A DNA stretch of 64,000 nucleotides from Phallusia mammillata (Eukaryota), in contig OZ281501.1 of the NCBI GenBank assembly GCA_965637545.1, positions 11,780,001 through 11,844,000 of the forward strand. Reading direction: 5' to 3'. Below are positions 36,943 to 49,000 of this stretch, piece by piece. The translations under genes were made by a program, and so were the position numbers. The notes below the pieces were generated by a model that worked only from the letters and a program-made list of their open reading frames with translations, had not been told where the DNA came from and ran no database searches. The stretch's first letter is position 1; each line of letters starts with the position of its first letter.

Positions 36943-37617
36943 ATGAATTTGCAAAACAGTATCGACCTTAGTTTGAAATATTGGACCGACAGTTGGAAAG
37001 ACCAAAGCACCGTGTGGCATAGAAACGAAGTGAATGAAGATCTACTAAGACATGAGAAGTCTCTTGGCTCAGGACGGATATTTCTACCATTGTGTGGAAA
37101 ATCTGTTGATCTAAAGTATTTGGCAGAAAAAGGCCATGAAGTTGTTGGTTTGGAATTTTCGGAAGAAGCATGTGATGATTTTTTTCATGAAAATGGGCTG
37201 CAGTTTACCAAAACCAAACTTACGGATTTTGCATTTTTTCAGTATGAAGCAAAGGAACTAAAAATAACAATCTTCCAGGGAGATATGTTTGATGCAAATA
37301 AAAGCCTGTTGGGAACATTTGATGCTATATGGGACAGGGGTTCATTTGTTGCTATAAATGAATCTGATAGACCCAAGTATGCAGAGATTCTGGGTGGCAT
37401 TTTAAAGTCCACAGGCAAAGTGCTTTTAAATAGTTTCACTTATGACAGCAAAGAATTTGGTGGACATCCCCGTACTGCTGACAAAGAAACCATAGAGAAA
37501 GTCTTTGGTGCCAGGTTCACAGTTACACTTCTTGATAGCTATGACTATCTTAAACCAAGATTTAAAGCAAAGGGTATTACCAAAATGTTGGCTTGCAACT
37601 ATATTCTAACACTGTAG
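36943..37617 (+). CDS. TPMT-like: TPMT-family methyltransferase, copy G (tandem duplicate of F)
   Basis: PLCGK, WDRGSF and GGHPRT. Flanks at ~36570-36940 and 37620-37850 match those of F. Confidence 0.93.
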   Translation: MNLQNSIDLSLKYWTDSWKDQSTVWHRNEVNEDLLRHEKSLGSGRIFLPLCGKSVDLKYLAEKGHEVVGLEFSEEACDDFFHENGLQFTKTKLTDFAFFQYEAKELKITIFQGDMFDANKSLLGTFDAIWDRGSFVAINESDRPKYAEILGGILKSTGKVLLNSFTYDSKEFGGHPRTADKETIEKVFGARFTVTLLDSYDYLKPRFKAKGITKMLACNYILTL

Positions 37618-39640
37618 TGCAGATAATAAGTACGTTGTCAGTAAACACATCACTGTTAATATATGTATTGCAACTTTGATGTAAACATTTAATGTAACCA
37701 TTAAGTGTCTTTGTGCGTCATATGTTTTGTATTTATAACTTGATTGTGTGATAATTGCATATTTTTTAATTCTTGTTTTCATCATAAATACACTGTGGTT
37801 AATTCTTTAACCTCCTGAAGTTATATAAGTACTTCACTATAACCAGAAACGTGTTTTTCCTCTATGTTGAAAACAGTCGACATAATTTTGTGAATATGGG
37901 TCATTCAGTGGGTAAAAGTTTTGTGAGGAGGTTAATATATAATTGTTCAATGTTTTAAGGATAAACTTTTAAAAAGTGTCTATAGGCTGTATGTCTGACA
38001 AAGATAGACACTTTTAAAAGTTTAGGATAAAAAAGTTCTCTTTTAGAAAAGGCGGCGGGGATTGTCACTTAATTGAAAGGTGATGAATTGTATCTGCTTT
38101 AATGTGGATGCCTGAAGAGAATTAAAAGTACAAGATAACATTTTATACGTGCTCCAAGGTCAAAGATTTTGACTTTAAATTTGAAAAATAATTTTTTGGA
38201 AAGTAGTTGTTACCTTCGGCGCAAATTTAGCGCACAACTTCAATGAACAAGAAATTAGATAAACATGTACCGGATTTTGGACTTAAGTTAAAATTTAAAC
38301 TCAAACATTTTATCCGCATGCAATTATAGTGACGTATTTTATTTGTCCCGGTCAGATTACCTTGTTTTTTACCTACGCAAAAGCTTGACCGGTTACTAAT
38401 CAAACGAAACCAGATTTACCAATCATTGAACCGGTCATAAACTGTCTTTAAGGCTATTATTATTTCCCTTTATACAGGGTTACCGAGAAGCAAGGTTTTA
38501 CACGGCTTCCAGTCAGGTTACCTTTTGACGTTTCTAAAATCAATTCGTAAGATAATTACGGTTTAGATATAAATAAATAAAACGTGTCGTGTATAAACAA
38601 TTAAAACAGAACAAAAATACACTGATAAATCCGATATGTTGATTCTACTCGTTACAAAATGGTTAATAATAGCTTCTGGATCATAAATAATTGGTAACAA
38701 TATTACTGTCCATACTATTGACCAAGAAGGTTAATTGTCTCAACCCCATCGTCATTCACGTCACTTACACAAAAACGTGCAATTGTGTCTATGATTTTTT
38801 TACCGAGCGAAGAAAACTTAACTGAACTGAACTGATTTACCAGACGAAAACGGCCGACATCGCATTTGTAGTGTCGTAAAAAAGTATAAGTTGGAATGAA
38901 AAGTTACACCATCGTTTTCCTTATGACTTGCCCATAAGTTAATACCCGTACTGCAACACGAACTGCATTTTGAAAAAGTAGAAAGGTTGCTATCATTGTG
39001 ATGAGTCAACTGAATAAACCCAAAGTCAATACTAACTGTTAACTGAGATTGTTTGCAAATCCCTCATGCGTAACTGGTTATCTTCAATCATCAGTGTTGG
39101 TCAAGTCAGCAAATATTTGACGGTTAAGTTAGACTGCCTAGGCCCTAGAGGTATATTGCAATTCAGAGGATTGAACACAACTGAGGTTTGCGTAGTCCAC
39201 TCTGTCGAGATAACAGTGTAAAACGAATCTTATGTACTGTAAAGTGCAAGCTTAAATATACTTCATTTAAACGGAATTTGTGTCTGTGTTGCAAGCAGCA
39301 TCATAGCTTTTGGTTTTTGCACTGTTGGTCCAAGTCTCTCTTTTATTTGTTTCAGCAGCACTTGAAAAAAAATGAACTTGAGTCACACCAGTAGCCTATT
39401 ATGCTCAGAAAAAGGCAAATGTTAACATTCTCAGTGGTGCATTCGAAAAGCTATATATTTTATCAAACGTTGCAAAATAAAGCACGCATTTGTGAGAATA
39501 GGGCAAAGCGAAAGGAGAAAATTCGATTTACTGAAATCTAAACTTCAATATTCTTGCAATTGTTTTTGCACCTAATTTCGACAAATAGTAAACGTTTAAA
39601 AGTTGATAAAACTAACTTGACAAAAATATAGGTTGTATAG

Positions 39641-39958
39641 CAGGGGTTCCCAACCTATGGTACGCGTACCACTAGTGGTACGCGAACGTTTTTCAGGTGG
39701 TACGCGAGTAGCTTCCGTTTTTTTTTCCACACAAACCTGGATTCACAACTTTATCATTTATTTATCTGGTTTTGTTCACCAATTGGTTGACAGTAAACAA
39801 AAATGTCTTAGTTGTGGTGTTTTAGTGTTACTTTAGTAGGCCAATATTCTTCTTAATAAAATGTGATTCAATCAAATTATTGTTCTGCAAGAAGTGGTAC
39901 GGCTGGCAGTACAGAGCGTCCAAGTGGTACGAGATCGTAAAAAGGTTGGGAACCCCTG
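39641..39958. mobile_element. hAT-type MITE (inverted copy of 1063-1391)
   Basis: TIR CAGGGGTTCCCAACCT; perfect TSD ttgtatag; ends ~125 bp upstream of the FMO ATG. Confidence 0.9.
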
Positions 39959-40084
39959 TTGTATAGTTATAGTATACTGAAATTCGTTTAAATAATCAAA
40001 AACCACGCATTTTGTAGCTGATGTGTAAAAGATTGTATTGTAAACGATTGTAACCATCGTTTAGGATTGAAATCTACTAGTACA

Positions 40085-43000
40085 ATGCGCGTTCTAGTCA
40101 TTGGTTCCGGTTGTTGTGGTTTGGTTGCCACGAAATGTTGTCTCGATGAGGGACTGGATGTCATTTGCTATGAGAAAGATTACGATCTTGGAGGTGAATT
40201 ATTTATTACTAATACTTTTTCATTTTAATATTTTACCTGTATTATAATTATTTAAAGACTGTCGTAAAAAATCGCGAAAAAATGAACGCAACTTGTTTGT
40301 TTTCGTTATTCTTTCGCGTGTTGCACATTTTATTCACAAAGGACATTTCTACAGGTTTATGGCGTTTTGAACCTGGCGCAAAGTTGGGAGCAACAGTTTA
40401 TCGCTCAACCTATATCAACACCAGTAAAACTGCAATGAGCTTTTCTGATTTTCCAATGCCAAAAGAAGCACCCAACTTCATGCACAATTCCAAGGTTCTT
40501 CAGTATTACAGAAGCTATGCTGAAAGGCAAGTACTTAAGCAGTAGTCTATACTTGACTTCCAATCCAGTATAAGGACCTGCAATTCTTTAGGCCAGTGGT
40601 TTTCAATTTTTTTTGGGTCAGAGCCAAAAACAAAAACTCCACGTTTGTGTAAAAGCATAAAAATAACGTTTACCACCAAATCACCACGGGACACAAAATT
40701 AACCTGCTGTTAAATAAAATATGTATGCTTCCATCGTATAAAATGTTCGATTTTCTAGTCAATTCGATTTTCCTTTGAAAAGTTGCACTGACAGCATAAA
40801 TTTAATGATAGCATGCGCACATGGACGACGGCACAAAAATTGGCAAGGGGTCGCAAATTTTGTCATACTTATATGGGTAGATAAACATATCAAGTAATTA
40901 TGTAAATAGGCATAAATTATATTCAGTGGAATTGCCTGGCCTCAAACCAAAATCATTCTTTGGAACACTATATACGGATCTGTTCATAAGTTTAATGGTG
41001 AAAATAACGGACCAAATAGACATTAAACTTATGAACAGATCCGTATATAGTGTTCCAAAGTACATAGGCAACCATTACGGTATTGCAATGAAGAAGAAGC
41101 TACGAAAGATTTCGAATCTTCAGCAGATATCACTGATGATGGCATGAGCATTTGCCGAAACGTTTGAACAATAAAGCATGTCGCTTTTTACGTCTATTTG
41201 GGCCGTTATTTTCACCATCAAAATCATTCTAAGTTGGAAAAAGTCCCAACATTTAAAAAGCAACAAACCGACGGGCCGCTTATGGAAAAAAATCCCGAAA
41301 CGTACATGAGGCAGACATAGGACAATTTTCTTGTTTAGACGTTCACTACCTTACTTTTCTTCACTTCTTAATGCAGATACTTTGTTAATGTATCAGCTTT
41401 TTTGACAGACTATGTCCAGTCTTGCCCCAACGTGCCGGCGCCCGCTCTTCGTATTTTAAACCTAATTTATTAAAAAAAATAGTAAACCATTGCCACCACA
41501 ATTGCTACATGCGGGGACAAAACTGTGACCAAAACCAGTGATATTATCATGGAAACATATTTTAGGAGTAGTGTTGTACAACAAGGTACATTTTGTGCTA
41601 TATATATAGCAATATTGGCTCTCCCGCAGGCTAATATTCTTTGTTTCCTATAACAGCGTCCTGTGAAGTTCAATAAATATCCTTATAATAAGAGCCAGGT
41701 TCGATGGTGTTTACGAAAAAAAAAAGGAAAAGCAAAGTCATGTTTTGATTTCGTTGTCGACGTAGGGTATAGGGCCATAGCTATCGTTGCTTCCTAAATC
41801 CATCATACGAATTTATCTTCAAGAATCTCGGGAGACAAGTCGTAAACTTGAACGACCGCAGGTTGCTCAGTCAAGTGTACCAGGAATTCATAGACAAAAT
41901 GTAAATACCAGCTTCGTCGGGTTGTTCTCTAAACTAACTTGCTTTACATATAGTTGGTAGTCGGTTTGATCAATCAGCACATTGTATCCGTCTAGAGCAG
42001 GGGTTCTTAACCTGGGGTGCACGCACCCCCAAGGGGTGCGAGAACTGTTCCTAGGGGGTGCGGGGATGCTGAATCATTAAGGTTGGTTAGGTATTCTATT
42101 TTGGCAATTACAGAAGGGGGAGCGAAAATTGGTTAGTGATTTGAAAGGAGGTGCGAAAATTGGTTGGTGATTTGAAAGGGGTGCAGCAAGGAAAAAAGGT
42201 TAAGAACCACTGGTCTAGAGTCTAGACCAGGTTTGGTAATATCCATGACTGTACGTGCTCTTCTAGGTTGCTGTCGAACCCAGAGTTTATGTTTGCCTGG
42301 TACACGAACGATTGAATGTAATATGCGGAGTCAGCTAAGTCACCAAATTGACTTATGGGGTGTACTTACCATAGTTATGTTTGCATTTTTAAATCCTAAA
42401 ACTTTTTAAAACTAAAAACTTTTAAAACTATCCAAACAATTTCTTGTTAATCAAGCTTTAAAACTAGTCATTTTATAATTTATACGGAAAAAAGTATTAT
42501 ATCTAACTCTATCTTGGCTTCGAATATCACATTTTATTAATTTAATTCCGGTAACAAGTTTGAAGCAAAGTATTTAAGCCAATTTACTGCAAACTATGTT
42601 TCAGGTTCAAGCTCATGCCGCGCATCAAGTTCAACACGGAGGTAATATCGTGCCGGTTTGCAGACGATTTTGAAACTACAGGACGTTGGTAAGAAAATTG
42701 TGTAGTTCCAAATTTGCCATCAGGTATTTTACAAAACACGGCCGTAGGCAACAAACTTGGCACCCGCTGATGTTTATTTTGGTAAACTGTAAAACACAAC
42801 TCTCTCCGCCCGCTTAAACAAAATGTCAGTGAGGCAATTCATAAAAGGCTATGGGTTACGTAGGCAGTCAAAAATGCCAGAGATAATGTTACCCTTAAAA
42901 AAAATGTGTGCCTATATGTGTACCTATATTTTGTGTAGAACTAATAATGTCGCTAACGATCAGTCTGCAACAGCGGTTCTTAAACATTTTGTCACAACGA

Positions 43001-46000
43001 TTTCGCAATTTTCTCGTGCATTATAGTGGTCTAAGCAAAATATGTTCAACTTTATATAGACAGATTTTAAAGCATTTGTCAAAAACCAAAAATCAAATTA
43101 AATCTTGACTCAATATTAAACATAAAGTTGCGCAATATTAGGATCAGGGCAGTGGGTCGTCGACATACTGTGTTTCGTATCGGGAAAAGTAATGCGCTTT
43201 GTCGCAATCCTTCCAAAATATCAACCATTAATGTCCTGTTCCTAATTCACCGTCCTTGATGTCAAGCATCGGGAGTGTTGGTCGACCAAAAACCATATAT
43301 ATAAGCCCCCGGGGCTGATAACTTCATTTTCGGATTTACAAGAAGAAAAAAAAGAAAATAATAAACATACTAAAAAATCGGTGCATTTTTGTATTCCACC
43401 TACTTTATCTGCTTCTGCAAATTTATTGTGCGTTGGTTAAGCTGTGTCTATTTTTTCGTTTTTTTTATACACGCGTAAGAATGGTGTTTACCCTCGTCAC
43501 ATTTGAAACGAAATACAATATCATTCAACGCCATTCTTGTTGAAGGAAAGTAACCTCACGGTGTATTGCCGACGGTAGCGACAAAGCGGTGAAAGAAGAG
43601 ATTTTTGATGCTGTGATCGTGGCTGTTGGACATCATTCTGACCCATATTTGCCGCTCAAAGATTTTCCAGGTGCGATTACACCACATAAATCACCAGTTT
43701 GGACGTAAGCTTAGAATCTTGACAAACCAGTAATCTACGCCAAAACGCAAGCGGTTGCCTGGCCCGTAAGCAATGCCTATGGCGGTTTTGCGGGCAAATC
43801 TGTTTTTAACATGCGTTATGTATACATGCGTGCCATGACTTTTGTGCAAAATAAGAAGCACTGCAACGCATGATAAATTCATTTTCAGCACATAATCCGA
43901 TTTATAAACCACTGATGACTGTATTACGGAATTATTGTATTACACCAAGCTGTAATCTGTTTTTAATGAACGTATTCCCAAGGATAAATTGTGTTTACAT
44001 GTGTATTCATCCACAAACATGTACGTTTTTGGAAGTACTGATTTGATTAGGAGCCGTTTTCGTTTTTAAATACGCATAACGCATTTTAAAACCCCTCAAA
44101 CTTGCTGCAACTCCAGTTTTCGCAAGTTTTTGCTTGGCGAGGAAACGGAAATCGGAGGCTTCTGACCTTTTGTGATTTCGTTTGGAAACCTGCTGACACA
44201 TTTTTCTGGTCTGATCTTAAGTGTTAAATAATAAACATAATTTGACTGTTTTATTTGGAACATAAGAACTCACATCAGACAAACTTTGCTAAATACCGTT
44301 AGGTGGCGTAAATAGCACAGTTATTTAAATTAGCAGTATGACTGGGATAGGGTTAGGAACTTAATTTAACGTCAGGAACTAAGTTTATCAGTTGTTTTTA
44401 TTGATATTTTTTTTTAAACAAACCTTCATCCTAATTGCCCGAATCGTCATCATTTTCACACAATTTGCTTTTAAATATTTGTCAATGCTCTTTGCGTCAC
44501 CTACCGGTACAAATACGTACCATGAAACAGTGAAAAATTGTTTTACTACAATATGTTATTTCAGGTATAGAAAAGTTTTCCGGAAAAGTCATTCACAGTC
44601 ACGATTACCGAGATTACAAAGGGTTTGAAGGAAAACGCGTCGTTGTAATTGGTCTGGGTAATTCGGGATCTGACATCAGTATAGAGCTGTCCTGGCATGC
44701 CAAAAAGGTAAACGACTCATATCATACATACGAATTATTCCTAATGTTCACTAGTGGTGGACTTACCTTCAATTTATTAAATTTTCGAATTCATATTCAG
44801 CTAGCTTTGGTTGTAATTTCAACCATTGCAACATTTGATCTAAAAGTCTTAATACCCACAGTCTTTTGGTTCGATCTGTCTTCTTTCTGGTCACTATATG
44901 ATATTAAACTATTACGCAAAACACAATATTACACAAAATGTTGGCAGGCTGCATTCAAAACGTCATTGACCCCTGATGTATATTGCTGCCAGGTATATAA
45001 CTATATATTGTCAAATTATTTTCTACAGCATAATTTGCCTTAACTGTGTGAGGCAAATAACGTAACCAGCTTTCAGTTAAGTGTAAGGCGTTATCTCCGA
45101 AAGTACGTTAAAATATCACGTACCAGTTTTGTTATACCAGTATAAAATGCAAATGAAACATCACAATATTGATAATTAACCGATAAACGCACCACACTAC
45201 ATCTAAAGTAGGGGTACACAACCTTATCGCTATGACGGCCCCATCACAAGTTCTTAATTTACCAACGGCCGCCAAGCGACTTCATGTTTTTAGTTTTTAT
45301 ATTACTGATGTGAAGAATTAGGACTTATGATATCCTATATCAGGGGTGGCCAAACTTTTTTACCAGAGGGCCAAATTTGCAACTGTCTTGCCACTGGAGG
45401 GCCGGATTAAATGAGATTTACGTAAAATTTGTCGTAACATCTTTATTAAAATATATATTATTGTAGTTACGTCATACGTCATGGTTGGCAGACTGTTCTA
45501 AAAATAACGCTGCACGGGCATTTATTCTAAAAATAACAACGCTTGCCACAAGCTACTGCTAGTAGCAGCCAACTGCTTATTCACAGTGGTAAATATGGTG
45601 CTTGGAAAAAAAACCAGGCAAGGTGTTTGGCGGGCCGGATGAAACTGGACTGGGGGCCGGATGCGGCCCGCGGGCCGTAGTTTGGCCACCACTGTCCTAT
45701 ATCTATTGGTGGCTAATAGCCAAGATATTTTTTCTTTACTTTATCCATTGATTTGACTTTACCATCTGTATGGTTACGCTGATTGTTGCCTCTTTATTTA
45801 ATTGTTTACACATAATAGAAGAAAGTCTGAGCTGGTTTATACATATTTCCGGTACAACAAAATGCGTACACACCAGTGTTTTAAAGCCGAGTGTCTGGCA
45901 AAGGAGTTTCAATGTATTCACGGCCGCATAATATTGTCTTTGCGGCCGCTGGCTGTGCACCCCTGATCTATAAGCTGATGATGTCATTTAACAAAAAAGG

Positions 46001-49000
46001 ATCCTTTATTTCGTTACAAGCAAATGCATAAAACACAAGTTGCGCAACCTTTTGTTAAGCGATAGAATAGGAGACTCAAGAACGCCATTTTGTGTCCAAA
46101 ATAATACAACGGGTATAAGGAAAAACACAAAAATTGACTGATTTTACATAAGTCAGATTAAAGAAAACTTTTCCATTCTAACATATCAGCGTAAAAAGGC
46201 CAATTAGTACTTATTGGTAACAAACAGTAGGCATCCCAGGTTCTTTAAGTGTATTGATACTTGTTTGAGTATATACATATATATATATACTAGTTCAGTG
46301 GTTCTTAACCTTTTTGGTGCGGTTTCCCACTAACGTCAATTACCAACTTTGAATTTCCCCCTCTGTTATTTTTATAATCATGTTTTGTGCCCTACGTTAA
46401 CAAAAAAATATTTTTTAAGTAAAATAATTTTGTGGAGCGATTTGGTCGGGACCTTAAAGGTATACTGCAATCCCATTTAGTTTAAATAGTGCTTCTGTGA
46501 GAGATTAATCTTTTTGAAATACTGAAGAGTCTGCTCTGCTTGCATTGTTCATTTATTGCATTCAATCAACAAAGGAAAGGCTTTTATTCGCCCACAATAG
46601 CAAAGTCATTGATGGTTTTGAGTCTTATCTGTGATGTAACAAACGGCCTTTGGATTTGCATGTGTTTTGTAAACCTTAGTGAAATCAATCTTACATGTTG
46701 TTGCAGAAAATTTTTAGTAATGTAGCTTTCAACGGTTAATTCAAAGCCGGATTCGACCCTCGAGCCCGAGTTTGCTCTTTTCAAGCTTACATAGTTTCCC
46801 TCCGAAAACATTAAATTACCACAATTATCCGTGTGCACTATATATGTATACATGTTGCCTTTGTGTTTGCGCTTGTATGATTTTACAACTTAAGTTAACA
46901 AAACTATCAGTGTCAAACGTTCAAGCAATTGACACCAACAGCAATTATATTTTAAGGTTTTTGCAAGTACAAGAAAGGGAACATGGGTTTTTGGACGAGT
47001 TGGACTGAACGGTGTCCCGTTGGATAATTGGATTTTTACGAGGTAAGTTCGCTCGTTAAGATAGCCTAAATTTTAAATTAAAACTTGCAAGCAAAGGTGT
47101 TTGCTTTACTCAATATTTTAGACTAAACTAACAGTAAAATTGCAGTTGAAGTAGCATATGTATAACCTAATATGTCCATTACTCAAGTATTTCGACAACT
47201 ATTTCCATCATCAGTTTAATAATGCATGACCAATCAGCATAGCAGATCAGAGCACAAAAGGAAATGGATTTAAATGCCTTGTAAAGACTAAAAGCTGTTG
47301 GTTTTGTCAAAATCAGTAATTTATAGATGATTATGTTTCAAACAACAACCTTAATTTTATTATGTGTTATTCAACGTTAAATATTTTAATGTAAAAGTTT
47401 CAAGCCAAAAAATGATAAGCTGCACACAGTTTGTTGCCAACAACTCAAAAACCTTATATAAGCTATTGCTGCCAGGCATAGTATCAAGTTTAAAGAGCTC
47501 TTCTGGCAAATGTGATTTTATTCCGACGTTTTGACGTCCTATACAGGTCGTCTTCATCAGGGTAAATAACACTGAATGCGACTAGTACAGTGCAACTCAA
47601 AAAGGTAACAACTCAAAAACCTTGTTTTATTGGCGCAAATTAAATACACACACAGCATCAAAGAACAAGAAAGTTCGTACATAACGAAAACTCCAAAAAT
47701 ATTTAGTCTACACTATGAAATCTAATCTGCGGCTTTTTCGCATTGAAGGTACCAAGCATTTTTGACAAGCATCCTACCTGCGTCATACCGGGAACAACAA
47801 TTTAAAGATTATCTAAACTCTAAGTTTGATCACGCTAAATACGGACTACAACCAAACTTCGGACCCTTTCGTCAGGTATGCAAAGTTTAAACACCAAAAT
47901 CAGTTTAATTTGTTATCAAAGTATGTAATTGTAACTTGCATACCTTAAAGTTACAATTACTCCAAAGAAGCATGTACGCGTTTGCTCATTTTGTCGTTTC
48001 AATAGCATCCAACCCTGAGTGACGACTTGCCCTCAAGAATACTTAATGGCGCTATTACTGTGAAACCGAATGTGACACATTTTTCGGGAAATCGGGCTTA
48101 TTTTGATGATGGCACATCGGAAGAGCTTGATGCGGTCATTTTCTCTACCGGTTACGACTTCAGCTTTCCTTTCTTGGAAGATTCGCTGTTGCAGGTGGAA
48201 CTGCGGTTTTTACTAGAGATTTACCGAATATTCGGTTTCCATTTTTGCAAAGAGCCGAATAATTTGGCCGAAACCGAATCTTTTACGAGCACCCATTCAA
48301 AGCGTTAAACGTGTCCTTTCTTCTTAGTACCAACGAAAATCGCGTCAATCATTATATTTTTTACGCTTTTCCCACTGCAGACAAAAAATCAGTAGTTCAT
48401 TGTCTGGTTGGCAATCACGCTTGAGGTAATGTTAAACCCCACAGAACTAAAATGTAGACGAAACACAACCATTCTGCACTAAGTGTCAAGTAGATAAACT
48501 TGTGTTTTCATGTCAAACGCGTGTCGTACGACTTTGCGTGACGTCATAAATGATTCGGTTAATTCGGCCGAATTCATTCGGCAAAACCGCCGAATATTCG
48601 GTTTCGGCCGAATCGAAATTTCACCGATTCGGTACATCACTAGTTTTTACTAATGGACAGGATTTTTTTCGAGGTTTTTTTACGTTTTTATTCATACAGA
48701 GAAAAGGAAACGATTGTGCATTGTACAAGTATGTCTGGCCGATGGGATTGCCACATTCCACTATGGCAGTTGTTGGTCACGTGCAGGCACTGGTTTCTAT
48801 CAACCCACTAGCAGAGATGCAAAGTAGATGGGTCACCAGTGTGTTTACAGGCAAGGCTATCCAAATTACTGTGATGTAACACAGCTTTCGATCCAATGAT
48901 TCGTTTATGCCCCAAATTCATGAAACTTTTGTTTAAGATTTAAACATTTGAAATGTGATTTTACAGGTAAGTTAAAACTACCGAGCCAGAGCACAATGCA

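Noticed and set aside
14126-37617. Bacterial contamination or recent HGT as the source of the intronless TPMT genes
   Set aside because: The genes are interleaved with host MITEs, have 5'UTR splice signals and poly(A) signals, and carry the animal-type WDRG motif. Ancient HGT is not excluded without a phylogeny.
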